Under the pieces are notes generated by a model. That model worked only from the letters and a program-made list of their open reading frames with translations, searched no databases and was not told the DNA's origin. 64,000 nucleotides of DNA from Yuukianura sp. NJ FZ-2021 (taxonomy: Eukaryota), in contig CM102290.1 in assembly GCA_046563655.1 (NCBI GenBank), positions 6,882,001 to 6,946,000 of the forward strand, written 5' to 3'. Made by a program: the position numbers and the translations under genes. Shown in pieces: positions 1-13,742 of this stretch. The first letter of the stretch is position 1, and every line of letters begins with the position of its first letter.

Positions 1-992
1 AACCTCGTTACTATTTTAGCTAATTCATTCTACTTTTAGTTTATTTCCAATTTAGGAGTCTTGTCCTCATAGCATTCAAATGCAATGGATGGTCACCGTC
101 CAACAAGCGAAAGCGATTAATTAATCGCATCGCAACACACGATTAATTCAACACATAGGTCAGGGACCTCGCTTCTCTTCAATCAACAGTCACTCGTCTG
201 CTAGACTAAATAAACTTTTGCAGCGGAAATCAACGTTCTAAACTTTCTGTATTCAATTCCATCCTTTCGTTTTGAACATTCGCGAACTGATGTTTTAAAA
301 CCAGAATTCCACAATCAGTTAACGGTTAACCCTAATTCCGAAGTATCCGCAAAAAGAAAACACAAAAGGCAGAAAGCATCTAAAGACTCCGCTCGTTTTT
401 TATGAATTTTTTACGGCGTCTTCTTTACTTTGGTTTCAAATAACAGTGCCATTCTCTGCAATTTTGTGTTCACATGTTTATCTGTTCTAAATTTAAGTAA
501 TGTTCTGCCTACAAGTGGGGCAAAATTCACTGCGGAGAGATTCCGAAAGGGAATTTGACCCCATTCCTTGAATCCATGTCATTTGTCTTGTTTGCCTTCA
601 ATTAAATAAAAATCAAAACATGAAAGTCAAAGGAAAGTGTTATTTTTGAGTATTTGAAAAAAGGCGCGCGTCTTGTGTAGCGTCCATTGTTTACTCGCTC
701 CGTTTGCTTAGCTCCTGTTTGCTGAATTGTATTTAAGTGTCAAATAGAAGTGCTAACAAAGTACTTTATCACTTCAGTTCAACAGTACACGAACCTATAA
801 CATGTCCAATACCATCGAAATCAGATTTGGCATTTTAGATTCATAAATTGCCAAAAAGGAATCTACTGGCTGCGTTTTTTAGCCTCTACGAGTACCATTA
901 TAACGTGAAACGCCCGACGCGCTTTCAAAATAACAAGAGTGTATCTCTGATTGATTCCTTCAAGTGAGAGATGGCATTTTTAAAAATCTTAC

Positions 993-1199
993 CTTTGGAG
1001 TTGACTGGTATCCGCCGTCGAGTCGATTGATGACACGATCTAAGCTCTTGAAGCGTGAGATGACTGGTGGGTCAGACTTTTTGGAAAGTGGGGTCAACGG
1101 TGGGGCTCTGAAGGAGTTGACTGGTGGGTTCTCACTGAGGAGGGGTTGAAAGCATATCGCAGTGAAGATCCAGAACGGAAGGGATGGGAAGATTCGCAT
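993..1199 (-). CDS. Putative first coding exon of a secreted protein; the rest of the gene is not identified and may lie left of the window
   Basis: ORF MRIFPSLPFWIFTAICFQPLLSENPP... has a signal-peptide-like N-terminus and ends at a strong phase-0 donor AAG|GTAAGA at 993/992. An alternative ATG is at 1232. Confidence 0.45.
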
Positions 1200-3528
1200 T
1201 TTGAACTGAATTTTATGGCACTTGTTGTCCATGACTGAGCAGTGTCCACCAAAGTTCCAGATATCTCATGACAAGAATCAACCCCCTTCGTCACACCAAA
1301 TTAGGAGAGTAGTTTTAATCGAATCTTCTTTCTGTCTGCACAGATCTACTCCAAACAATCTGTCACGTGGGAAGAGTACAGTTGTCCTTGTCACCTTACA
1401 TTTTGTTCCACGAGGACAATTTACAAGATCTTCTTCCAAAAGTTGGCGTTATTTTATGCATCTTCATGCTGCAAATCCTTGTATAGTTTTTTTTATAACT
1501 CTATAAAGTCACTGAGATTTTGATTTCGCACTTAGGCACTTGGGTATTGTCGACGTTGTCAAGAAATAAAGTTGTCTGGGTCGCTGGAGATGAGGCCCAG
1601 GGGAGTCTGGACTGCAGCCACTTTCCGCATGGGAGAATTGCGCTTATGAAGATGACCTTTAGTGACACGAAGATCTTTTAGGCTGAAACAAATAATAACG
1701 AGGAGCAGTAAAGTTAAAAAGTTGGACTATTACACCTCACGCTTGTCTTGTACTCGTAAGTGACTTTTCTCAGCAGTATCAAATTTTGATCTTGAAAATT
1801 ATTCTAAGACGTGAGACTTGACAAACGAGAACAATCAAATTTTATGCTTCTCATAAAGATCAGCCAGAGGAACAGAATAAAAAAAAACGTCACCCTCGTG
1901 TCTAACTCAAAGGGTAATAGCTGGTTGAGAGTTCCAAAAAATTGTCGAAAATTTATGAAGACAATTCAATTCAATGAAGAAATTGAATACCATGGTCGTC
2001 GTCTTCACAGTTCAAGATCTTGGGTTCTTATGAAATTGAAAATGTTCATTGTCAAATAACATTGCTACGTTACGAGAAATGGAGAATATCACTTAAGGTC
2101 ACGCCACTTCCAGGAAACTTATGAATCTCAAAATCCAAATGTTTTTAGTGCAATGTTACTTGACAGTTTTCTTCAAATTGATGACTTCCTCATCGTGCCA
2201 ATTCTTCACATAAAAACTTTTTTTGTTTATAACTCAATGAAATACGGGTTGTAACAAAATCAAATCAAATCTGCTGGTTTGTACAAAAAAAAAACAATAA
2301 AGTCAACTTGTTAAAATAAATGGAAAAGTTTCTGGAGAAAGTTTTCACTTACTTGCCTTATGAAGTTCTTCCCAATCCTTTCACTTCCTTCCTTCAAATA
2401 ATTGCCAACTTTTGGTCCTTTGGCTTGGCTCCACAAGTCCTGTATCGTTTTTCTTCTGGTTCTCGTTTTTTTTCAGAATTTTCCACGGCGAAATTTTTCT
2501 TACGAACATCAAGAAACTTTCTTCGATGACATTATTGTTGTGGAGGCTTGAGAAACTCTTCTTATACTCCTTTTTGGCAAAATGCCAAACAGAAAGACAA
2601 TACTGTGACAAAAAATTCGGTGAAAGCGAAACTATCGTGAAAAAATGCTTTTAGAAGAATTAGTTTTTTTTTATCAAAATGTGTACAAAGTGTTTGTTGG
2701 ATCCAAGTTTCACTAACCACTTTCTCCCTTGATAGCTTTCTTATTGTCCTAAAAGTCTATGAATCTTCCAATTCACTGCAAAATGATCCGCACTCTACTA
2801 GGTCTAATTGGCAACTGAAGCCCCTCTTCCAGAATATCGGAGTGGTCGAGTACAAGACTCCAACAAACTTTTCCGTGTTCACGTCTTTCTTCATTTGGCG
2901 GAACAATAAAAACGATGTGCTATTTGGTATTTAACGGTAAATTGTCGCTTACAGAAAACTGTAAATGAGTAATAAATAATAACTAACAAGTTTGAGTTAA
3001 GAAATTATGTTCATGCGCATAAATATTTTGTGTCATAAATGTCTTCTCGTTTTAGTCAAAACTGAAAAAAAAACACTCGTAATTTTTCTAATCTTTTTGA
3101 CTTTTACTGAAAAAAAGAAACTGTGCTGACTTTCCCTTGCTTTTGCTACAGCAGTGCGCAGTGGTTTATTTTACTGTTCATGGACCTCGAAATACTATTT
3201 GTATCCCAACTTAAAAAAACGTTTCATGTATCTACACAAACTGACAAGACGGATGGAATTCAGAATTATTGTGGCAAGTGAGTCCTATTGTGTGGTTCTG
3301 GTGGCTAATAAATCAATCACCGACAGTCTGAGATTGACACAATAGAAATTCGTGAATTTGCACGGGCAGAGACAGGGAATGCGTGACCCCAAGATGACAA
3401 AGACGAAGTCATCTTGAACTTGGAGCGATATGGGGACTAAAACCCTGTCGTTTCCTTATTTTGAAAGATTGCAAGCAGTTGCTATTGTTTGCAAGGGCTC
3501 TTTGATTTATGAAACGGAGAATCAAACT

Positions 3529-3868
3529 GGTTTCAGGTCATCTGCGCCTAAGCAAAGTGCGCCTCTCCAATATGCGCTAAAAAATGTGCGCCTCCATCCA
3601 AAGTGCGCCTCCAGCGAAAATGTGGCTTCAATCAATTAGCGCCTCCAGATCCAATCAGAAACCACCATTAACACTAACCAAACCTAACAGAAACCGTCGA
3701 GAAGAAATCAGTATGTATTGCGAAATTAAAAGCTTAACACCGCGCCGTCGGCGCGGGAAACTACAAACGCCTGGGGTGTGGATAACTACCTTTGTTTCAG
3801 AACTCCAACTTGTAATTGAATGAAACCTAAACCTATTTAATTGGAGCTGGAGCTGGAATGACCGGGGC
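3529..3868. mobile_element. Degenerate MITE (GGTTTCAGGTCA end, TGCGCC-repeat arm, central hairpin core)
   Basis: Left end resembles the GGTTCCAGGTCAAT ends of other elements in the window. It has repeated TGCGCC units and the hairpin CCGCGCC-GTC-GGCGCGG at 3740-3756. The right arm is decayed and there is no clean TSD. Confidence 0.45.
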
Positions 3869-3899
3869 GACTGGAACGCAGCGCAATGTTTTTTAGCTT

Positions 3900-5017
3900 T
3901 TACTTTTTCCTTCTGCTTGTAACAGTTGTCCATCCATCGGCGTCCACAACACCTCTGGTGGCTGCACTAGATTCTGCCTGGGTGACCCTGGATTCATGTT
4001 CCACAGGATCAATGTCCATTCCCTGAAACAAAGATTAATCAAAATGTAATTCATAAGCGTAAAGAATCAATTGCCTGGAAATGATAATGATTCCCGTTTC
4101 CAGTGAATATACATTTGCCAATCAGTAATCATACATGTACAAAGAAGTGTATGAACGGTAAGGGGTTATGTTTTAAAATTACCTCTTCCTCGGCACTTTC
4201 TTCTTCACTACTCTCATCGCCTTCGACTCGTGGAATAAGGTTCATCGTTGGATTAACTAAGCTCGATTTCTCAAGGATTTCTCTGAGTTTGGAAAAGTCT
4301 TGATCTTGGTACATTTTCCAATAAGATACTAACCGATTTCCTGCTTCGTCTAATGACCCATCTTCTATTCGCAGGTTAAAATTCAGATCCAGCGTTTCAC
4401 CAATCCATTCTCCCAATTCCTGACCACTGTCCAAATCTCCTGCATCCACAAAAGACAGAAAGGCATTAAAGCAACTTCCTTCGGGTTACATTTAATTTGA
4501 GTTTAGCCAACTGCATTCTATTCTGAATTACAAAAGCTGTCGTCTATAGGACGTTCATTCGGATTAAGCCATGATACAACCTTGTTGTAGGTTAACACAT
4601 CTGTACGCTAACAGAATGCAGCGGAATTTTGGAAATTATTTCGCAATGTTCATTAGTAAAGTGCTTTATCTTACTGTTTTCGTGGAAGCATTGCTCCGTA
4701 GCACCAACCATCAATTCGGTCATCCCATTAGACTGCTTGGCCATCGACGTCCCGATCTATGCGTCAATATCAAATCATACACTTTATCATATTTACTAAG
4801 CACTAAACCTGCATGTAACAGACTACATCGCTTTGCTATAACCAAGTAAATGCGATAGTACATTAACCGGCCGAGGCCGAGTATTATTAATTGTTCAAAT
4901 GGAATGGCTTACTTTAAATGCTTGCCAGTTTTCAAATACGTTACGGACGACAGCCGTGAATAGGTTGGCCGGTGCCATGGTTTGATACGATGGCGATGGA
5001 ACTGAAGATGCAGCCAT
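3900..5017 (-). CDS. TSR2: Pre-rRNA-processing protein TSR2 homolog (4 exons)
   Basis: Spliced translation MAASSVP...LFTAVVRNVFENWQAFK|IGTSMAKQ...|DLDSGQELGEWIGETLDLNFNLRIEDGSLDEAG...acidic tract...|...DADGWTTVTSRRKK*. The EDGSL and DGWTTV-RRKK motifs match TSR2. Introns are GT-AG and phase-consistent. Confidence 0.85.
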
Positions 5018-5084
5018 TCCGAAACCAATTCTTAATTAAAATTAAAAGAAAAGATCCAAAAATCCAAAGATCCAAAATGTGGGT

Positions 5085-5262
5085 ATTGCTGGCTCGGCGA
5101 GCCGAGCCAAGATAACTAAGTCAGTGATCCGAGCTGAGCCGATCCAAAAACTTCTTGGCACGTTCCGCAATCCGAGCCGAGCCACAAAATTAAGTACGCG
5201 ATCCGAGCCAGCCGAGCCGAACCAGTCAAACACCGCGAGCCATCCGATCCCAGCCTGGATCG
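5085..5262. repeat. Cluster of GATCCGAGCC/GAGCCGAGCC short repeats upstream of TSR2
   Basis: Many imperfect CCGAGCC/GATCC units in about 180 bp directly 5' of the TSR2 ATG. Confidence 0.5.
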
Positions 5263-5684
5263 CTATTTTGCCTCGTACACATGTGTGATTGATTATATAA
5301 AGAAGAGATTGCATATTTGAAATTTAGCTTTCGCGCGTGGAGGTTTAATTAAATCTCACAAATACATTTCATATGATAAATCTTAGAAGTCTTTGTTATC
5401 ATAATAGTGCAATTAAATTTAAAACAAAAATTAGATGCTGGAGTTACGATTAATACAAGTGAGTAGGGTAAAAGATGTTTTTTTTTTATTCATATGCTTT
5501 CTTTTAAAAAGATGAGAAATTAACAAAAAGGACAGCGTTACAAAAAAGACAATTGAAAGAAAAAAATCACAACATTTCAGAAGTCATTGGTTGTATAATT
5601 TAGTAATCGTAATAAATAAGCGAGGGAGCAACAAGGAGAGGATAATGACCTTAATCAGTATTTAGTAGTTATTAACCAGACAGT

Positions 5685-7845
5685 CTAGTCAGAAGCAACT
5701 TTCTTTGCGAAGGATGTCAAGGCTGAAATCTCGGTGGTGTCAGCACTTAGTCTACTGAATTCAATCTCCTCAGTTCCGCTGTTTGGGCTGTTATAAGGAT
5801 CTGGAATGGTACAACAAGCATAATTATTTTTGAATATTGTTAACTCTAGCAGTAAAGCTTTTCAAAATTAGAAACGTCTTACCTCGGTCAGGAAGCCAAC
5901 ATTTGTGGGAAGGTGCGTACAAGCAGAGAAGTGCAATGATATAGATGTTCCACATTCCATAAACCCCAGTATAAAAAGCGGAAGTGAACTCGATAGCGTT
6001 GTACTCCCCTTCCCACTTCCATTTGTCTTCCGAAGCTTGGCCCAAGATGAATCCAATGACAGTCATGGCAGCGCAGATCAGCGTCGTCAGCATCAGGAAT
6101 TTAAACCGGTAAATTATTCCTATAAAATACAACTTTTTGTGTGCAAACATCTCCACAATTCAATTCGACTGAAATTGAAACAGTTTTGTTTCCATTTACT
6201 TACCCTGGTAGTGAAGGCGTCTCACTGCTGACATAGTAGGAAGAGCGTTTCGCTTCGTACTGATATTTCGAAAAACTCGCCAGACCATCCATGAGAGGAA
6301 GATGAAGTACAGAGACGCCGAAATCCCAGCAGCAATAATCAGTGCCAATGCCAACTTTGTTCCAATAGGAGTGGCCCAAAGAGAATAGAACGGATTCACC
6401 AAATGTGTCCCTCTCTCGCAGAGATCAAAGAGGAATAGGGCTGTACATCCAGTCACTACGGCGCTCAAGTGCTTCCAGTAAGTTTTCAAGGAGTGGCGTT
6501 CCGCCGACGTTTCCTAAAATAAAATCAAGAAGTTTCTTCATTACCAGTTTTGCAGAGCATATAATTTAGCTCCATTTATTCAATTACCATGAGATGTTCC
6601 CCGGTGAAGACGAGCCAAAAGGACAGCAGAGTAGCATAAAACACTCCTTGTCTAATGTCACTGAGAAGAAGCATGTACGGCATGTCAAATGCTAACGTCA
6701 GCCATTCGATGGGAACGTTGAGTAGTTCTACAGAAACAGCCAAACTGAGGATCATCACCTCCAGAAGTACCGGAGGTCTTCCTTGTGTCTTCACACGATT
6801 CCAGTACCAGATGATACACCCCAGCACCAACGGGGTGAAGACGGATTTGAGCGAAAACCAAACTTTGGTAAATCCTCCATTTTGATGAATTGTTATCACC
6901 TCAATTTCATTCAAGTGACCTATTTTCTGCAAAACAAAACCAACCAAAGTGTGAAAACTGATATGTGTCAAACAAGTGGATCTTTTTTTTAAATTACCAA
7001 GTTGTAAAGATCCGTGGAATCATCTCGATTGACAGGAAGTCGGAGATTGAGTAAGTAAAAGTCATGGTGAAGAGAGCCCAATTCAAATAGTGGAATAAGA
7101 GAGCATCGGTATGTGTGACCTTCCTTGGGGTCATCAATAGTGCAGTCCAAAGTCCTTTCTTCCATGGATTCGGCGTACAACTTCCAGTCTTTATCCGAGT
7201 CGCCTTTATTACGATATGCCAGCCGTGCGTCCAGCCTTAGTAGAGCTCCGTGTTCTGTAATTTCAATCAAACTGAACTTCATAATGGTTAGAAAAATGTT
7301 AGGTCTATCCTACCTTTGTTGTCTCCAAAAACGTTCACTGTTATTTTCAGCACTTACCAACTTCATTTCCCTTCTCAAAAAGGATTGAAAACTGAAGAAT
7401 TCCAATCAGATTCTGCTGCCATCGTGAGTAATCCAAGTCTTTTATTCCCTCCTTTGGAAATGGAATTTGAAGTGCAAAGACAATGTTGTCCGCATGAAAA
7501 ACGTTTTCGTAGTGATCAATCATTTTGCATTTTCCGACTCCACGCGGGTAAAGCCATCGAGAACGATTACGGTCTGGATCGTAGCATTTTGTAGAGAGCA
7601 TTGGAGATGGGCTGGAAGGAGTTGGTGCTGTCCAACACAAATAAGAAAAAAGTTTAATAATTTCACATAATTTTAATATTCATAATTAATAGTTTAATAA
7701 TTCTAACTAATTGCTATAATGATTTGTAAGTTATCTTACCTAGAATTCCACCAATAAGAAAACATACCAATTGACAAAGTAGCAAAATACTAGTCAGTAC
7801 AAACAGTTTCCGTCCACTCAAATTTTCTAAAACTGTCCCAGGCAT
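5685..7845 (-). CDS. wls: Protein wntless (Wls/Evi/GPR177), multi-exon
   Basis: [14 protein letters not shown]..., [91 protein letters not shown]; stop TAG at 5685-5687. Confidence 0.97.
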
Positions 7846-8684
7846 AATAGCGTTAAAACAAACAAAAGTCCTATTGGAATACTTAAAAATCAGTAATGCT
7901 CATTAAGTTAACAATAGGATCGTCTTAAAAATTCTCAGCCTTGGTATTTTTAAATAAAAAATCGAAATCACAATTCCTAGGAAAGAAACTTATTATGTAA
8001 AATCACTAACTTCCGATCACAGGATTATTACTTCAAAAGTTATTAGTTTCGGAGGAAGCTTTCTCTAGAAATGTATGGATAGTGAAAAACGGTGACAGAA
8101 AAAACTGTCAACTAAAAAACAGTAAAACGGGTATTAATAGTCACTTTCTTTAGAGTCTGAAAGGTAGGGAAGTATTTTGCGACCCTCCTGACTCTCAAAA
8201 CCTGACTAAGAAAAAAAAAATCCCGGAGTAGATGCGTCGTCATAGGCTTTTGATCTTTCCCGAAGATCTTTTGTATAATCTACAATTCCTCATACTATAC
8301 ACGTTTTCCACCCAAAGGAAAAAAAACGCCCTTTCAACAAAGAGGAAACGTGAATTGTTACCAATTTTACCTCAAGGCATTTAAAAAAAAACTTTAAAAA
8401 TTCTACTGCAATTTTTTAGCTTGTGAGATTAGACCTACATCTTTCCGAATTTTTCTCTTCGAAAAGTTCTGCGCCTTCTGAACTGTGATATTCAACGAAA
8501 ATTGTCAAAATGTTTAATTGTCTTTACGAAATTATATTCGCATTAAACATAGAAATTAAGGTGTCAGACTTAACGCTAGCCCCTTTTCTTTTCAAAGAAT
8601 TTAAATTGTTCTTAAAAGTTTATTTTGGACAAATCTTACGTGTGCTCTCGTGCGACCGCATTTTAGAAGTAGTAAATATAAATC

Positions 8685-9860
8685 TCAAAATGATTTCTTG
8701 GTAAATACGCAAATACAAGTGGACTCCCCTGCCCTGCCTCCGAATGTAAACTTGCAGGTTGGAATTGTAGTTTTGAGCTGAAACCCTAAAACATACAAAA
8801 CTAGTAACCGTAGGTATATCTTTCATGAAAAAAAAATTATTCAAAAATTCGTATATCTTAAAATTCAAAAATAAAATAGAGAATTCGGATGACTTACACT
8901 TCGATGCATGAGATGTGACCTCTTCGGCAGTCCAGTTGCATGAAGCAATAACAAAGTATCCATCATCTTTCAGTAGTTTATAAACATTTTCCCAGTATTG
9001 GTCCCGCACAAAGGAATGGTCAGAAACTTCTGGATTCAGGCAAATGGCGTCATATGTCCCTCTAGTATTAAAAAATCTAGCGGTTATGGCTATTTTAGGA
9101 AATAATAATAATATATTTGAAACGATATTTACTTGTCAAGGCACACATTGTACTTTGCCACAAAATCCTCCTCTTTCATGTTGATCAGATCCACTACCTA
9201 AACCAAGTTCAGCAAAACAGTACAACTTCTTAATGTAATCAAAAAGTGACAATTTACCTTTACACTGACATCCGATTCTGAGAAACCAGGCATGGAGAAT
9301 AATTTTTCACAGAGTTTCACAGCATGCTCAGAGTAATCAAAACCGGTCAAGTTCTCCCAACCAAGTTCAACCTACCACAAATCAAACAAAATTCTTCAGT
9401 CGAAATAAAACAGTAGGCTGAAAGAGCATCCATTCAAGATATTACCAGTCGTATAATTGTGTCTCCATTCCCACAACCCAGGTCTAGAATGGACTCATCC
9501 TTCATGGAATTCTGGGTCAAATAGCTAAACACAGCGAAAGCAATAAGTCAAGTGAAACGTCGATGAATTAACGAATGTGTATCATCATGGTCGGCTTACG
9601 AGATCATCTTTTCAATTATCTGCGGACCGAACCAACCCTCTGGCTGAACTCCATTCATCACGTAATTCTGGAGAAAAAGAACAAATTGAATTTGTTCTAT
9701 TTGTCAAATCATTTAAATTAAACGTCACTCACATCTTTTAATTTATTAGTCATACCGCTACTGTTTAAAAATTTACCTGGAGTTCATTCTGGTACACCGT
9801 ATCCCAATGTTCTTTCCGCCCTAAGTACGATACCGGAAGTTCTTGCTCATCATCGCTCAT
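8685..9860 (-). CDS. EEF1AKMT2: EEF1A lysine methyltransferase 2 (METTL10/Efm4), multi-exon
   Basis: MSDDEQELPVSYLGRKEHWDTVYQNEL, GWFG, SAM motif ILDLGCGNG, DKGTYDAICLNP, FVIASCNWTAEE, FTFGGRAG. Confidence 0.92.
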
Positions 9861-10891
9861 TGCTAGTTGCCAAGGGTTGATTGTAGTGACTCACAGTTCA
9901 GACCAGTTTGGCAGTTCGACGTCCAGCACGAGTCCTGGCGCTACAATAATTAACTTATTGATAATTAAGGATTCAAGTTAAAATCAAACTTATTAAAAAC
10001 CACCTCCAAAACATCTCCCACAGTCCCACACTCCCAGTCAGCTAGTGCTATAAAAAATCTCCATGTGGATAACGATAGCATGGCACTAATAATAGTGAGA
10101 ATCTCCCCTTCCAGAATCAGATGTGAAGTGGGACAAAAACTCCTCATGGCTTCTCATTTTCACCCATCGCAATAGCGCATCCAAGAATTTCAACAGTGGA
10201 CGAGTTGTAACCATGTTCTTTGTGTCTAACGTTTAAAACTTAAGTGCTAACAGTTTAAGATACTTAAGTTTTAACACCAATAAATGACTTGTTATAAACA
10301 GCAGCAGAGTTCCAGATGTCAATATGTTTTAGGCATTAGCAATTGAATGGAATAAGTTCCCGGGAAAGATTTTTCTATTACCTCTTAGTTACTATAAAGG
10401 ACGCGGTTGCGGAAAACAAAACCATCAGTCAAATGCAAATGCAGGTCTTACATTTTATATGTTTTAAAAAAGTTAATAGGGAATTGATTAACATGCCGTC
10501 TTTTGTTCTACTGAGACCTATATAATTTACACTTTCAAATTTTCTTAATTGCAACTTGCACGAAAAAATATCTTGTACTATTTCTAAATTCTCCTCCCAA
10601 GTGCGTTGACGAAGACTGGGCATAGAAAAACCGTTAGACCGACTCCGCTTAAAACAATCTAAACAATTCAAATATTTTTTTTAGGAACTTTTAGTTTTAT
10701 TGGTAGTAATTTGGTGAAAAATATCTTCATACTAATTCTCAATCGTGAATTGGAATTCTACTCGCCTGCTTTGTTATCTGTTAGTTAAAACGGGATAAAT
10801 TAGAACAAGTCGATCAATGTATTGATTGTCCTATAATTGTAAAAGAATTATTTGTATTTTGTTGCAGAACTGGAGGTTAAAGGGAATCCAA

Positions 10892-12609
10892 ATGATCTCC
10901 CTAAGGGGTCGAGCAACGACTTGCGTCCGACAACTTACGGCACTAGCCAATTTTGGGTTGGAAGTAAGTACTAAATCAACAGCGGAAATTAATTCTGTAT
11001 AACCAGTCGTCATTGCTAGATGTTTTGGAATTTTTAAGGTTACGTTTTTTTCTTTCTAGAAGCAAGCTCAAATTCCTCATCGGTTCCTTCAAACCAGTTC
11101 TAAGGTCGCATCGGATCAGTTATTTGTTGTAAGTGAATGCAACCACTGCAATTATAAACAAAAATACCAATAAGAGGAAGACAGTATTAATTGAAGCCTT
11201 TTTGTTAAACTACAAGGTGTATTATTCAAGGCACTCTAAGAATAAGTTTCACTTTTCAACCTCAGCCTGTTGAATCAAAAATCGATTATAATTTCCGTTT
11301 CTAAAACAGCGCGTAACGTACGTGGCGTGCTCGCGTAACCTTACAGGAGCAGGCGTTTATTGCTTATGTTCGAAAGCATGTCCCTTTACCTCTGACTGAG
11401 TCCATTAGAGTTTAAGGTCGCTTAACAATATTACGACAAGTGAAAGAATCTGCTGCTTCCAGGCAGAATTATACGTTTGTATAAGGAATGTTGTAGTCGG
11501 CTCTCGTAGTTGTACGCAACCTACTTTAGCTAATAATTTTTTGTGAAAAATTTTTTTTTTTCTTCACTAAGTCTTTGATTTTGATTTTAGCATCGGGATA
11601 GCAAGGAAAATAGTGCAGATACTCCATTTGCGTTCACACAGGAAAACCTTAAGGTGTGTAACTGAACATGAATGTACCTAACCTAAGTACTCTAGACCTT
11701 CAATCGCCGTTCGGTGGTAATAACTTCTAATTTTTGAATAGAGAGCAGAGGCGATTCTTAAAAATTACCCTGAAGGACACAAAAGAGCTGCTCTGATTCC
11801 CCTCCTGGACTTGGCCCAGCGACAACATGGATGGTTACCAATTTCTGCTATGCATTGTGTTGCAGAATACTTGGGGATTCCACGAATGCGAGTGTACGAA
11901 GTAGCAACATTCTACACAATGTTTATGCGGTACGCCACACGTTGTCAAATATATAACAAGAACTTTCTTTTCGAAAGGCGCCTACTTTCTTATACTGTTC
12001 TCTTTGTCTACGCAGGAACCCAACTGGAAAGTATCACCTTCAAGTATGCACTACAACCCCATGTTGGCTTAGGGGCTCAGACGTTGTCATGAATTGTATC
12101 AAATCAAAACTCGGGATTCATCCTGGGGAAACGACAAAGGATGGGAAGTTTACCTTGAGTGAAGTAGAGTGTCTCGGTGCCTGCGTCAACGCACCTATGA
12201 TTGCTGTCAATGATGACTTTTACGTGAGTCTAGTTGTAAATGATGAGGATGACTTTTAAGCACGGGCGTTGAAGCATGAACTTTCGACTAAATGATTTGC
12301 ATTTAATGGTGCTCAGGAGGATTTAACGGAGAAGGATACTGTTGAAATATTGAATGCATTAACGGCTGGCGAGCAACCCCGACCTGGTCCAAGGTAACGT
12401 AGACAGATTGCATTTTAAGATTGATTACTTGTTGATTATTCATGCTTTATTTAAAAGTAGGAGGTGTCTGTTTCTTAAAACGGAGCTGAGCGTTATTCTA
12501 TTTAAATTATTGTAGGAGCGGACGATTTGCTTGTGAACCAGCTGGAGGTTTAACATCTCTAACAACTGAGCCCACAGGACCTGGCTTCGGAGTTCGAAGT
12601 GATCTATAA
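10892..12609 (+). CDS. NDUFV2: NADH dehydrogenase [ubiquinone] flavoprotein 2, 24-kDa subunit, mitochondrial
   Basis: Transit-peptide-like exon [15 protein letters not shown].., then [85 protein letters not shown]. Confidence 0.97.
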
Positions 12610-12953
12610 CCACGAACTGCAGTGTCGAACAACACAACATCGTCATGAAGCAATTTTTGAATTAAAACGTCACGTAGTACATCAGTTACTCTACAAAAAA
12701 AACTAAGCTAAAGCCGTTGAAAATAGGACGTCTCGTGTCAACGTACTAACTAGGACCACGTCACGTCTGAATAAAGTCAAAATTTAAAACGAACAGCAAG
12801 TTAGAACTTTTAAGAAAACATTGGATCCTGCTACCCTCAGCAGGATAGGATTTATTTACAAATAGTTTGTTATGGGTATATTTTGATTTGTGTAGTATGA
12901 GGTAATTAATTTTTAATTTGTTTCTGATTGGCGTTGGAGAAATGATCGGCGTT

Positions 12954-13742
12954 TCAATCTGAGTTGGCCCGCAAAACAACAGCGAGAATGGCCCCGACAA
13001 GAATCACGAGTCCAGCGACGGTACAGTGACCAACAGTTTTGCGTACGTCTTTGAATCGCGTAACTGTCTCCGAGTAACGAACCGCTTGATCGGTATACGC
13101 CTCAATACAACTGGTCAAGAACTTTGCAGGCTGACGTTCCGGTGGAGAAGCGGCCCGGAACAATTGAGTCTCCATTCTCGGGAAGGGTAGTCCGTAAGAA
13201 GCCCAATACTCGATCAGGCTTGTCCAGAAATTGTCTTGGTCTCGTACCTCTGGATAGTTTGTGATGTCTACCGGACAACCCAAAATTTCGAAAAATTCAT
13301 TGCGGCACTGGGCAAGTGTAGCCTCCTCTGTTTCGGCCGGGATGGCACAAATCGTAATGACTGTCTCTTCCTTGGGAGACAAAACACCGATGGAGTTCGG
13401 CAGGAAAAAGAACTTCCCTTCGTTCACATTTCGTACCTGTAATTCATAAAACAACCATGCGTTGAGTTGCCTCAAAATCTTAAATTACAGCGATAAAGTA
13501 TTATATAATTTGATGGCGACCTTGTAGGCGACCAAACAGTCTTGGACATTAGAAATTTTCAGTTCCGAGCAGTACAGATGACTGAGACCTTCAGACTCGG
13601 ACTTAGTGAAATGGCCTGGACCCAAAGTGAAAATGACGGATGGTGTGTCTTCGTATCCCGGAATGTATTCATGGAACGTAATTTTACAAGCCAACGGCGT
13701 GTCAACCGGGTCGTCAGCCGTCTGCAAGCCGCTTGTTGCCAT
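12954..13742 (-). CDS. Divergent MSP (major sperm protein)-domain, tail-anchored membrane protein (VAP/MOSPD-like), 2 coding exons
   Basis: LKISNVQDCLVAYK|VRNVNEGKFFFLPNSIGVLSPKEETVITI matches the MSP-fold pattern. The C-terminus is a hydrophobic helix TVAGLVILVGAILAVVL. Exons join at a phase-0 intron. Confidence 0.65.

Noticed and set aside
6110..6215. Wntless endocytosis motif YQGI instead of YEGL
   Set aside because: It still fits the YXX-hydrophobic AP-2 consensus; likely ordinary variation.
11020..11038. ATG at 11020 as the NDUFV2 start
   Set aside because: It hits an in-frame TAA after five codons; the ATG at 10892 gives a phase-compatible transit-peptide exon.
12224..12317. Box C/D snoRNA candidate in an NDUFV2 intron (ATGATGA)
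   Set aside because: No box D (CTGA) or terminal stem is present.
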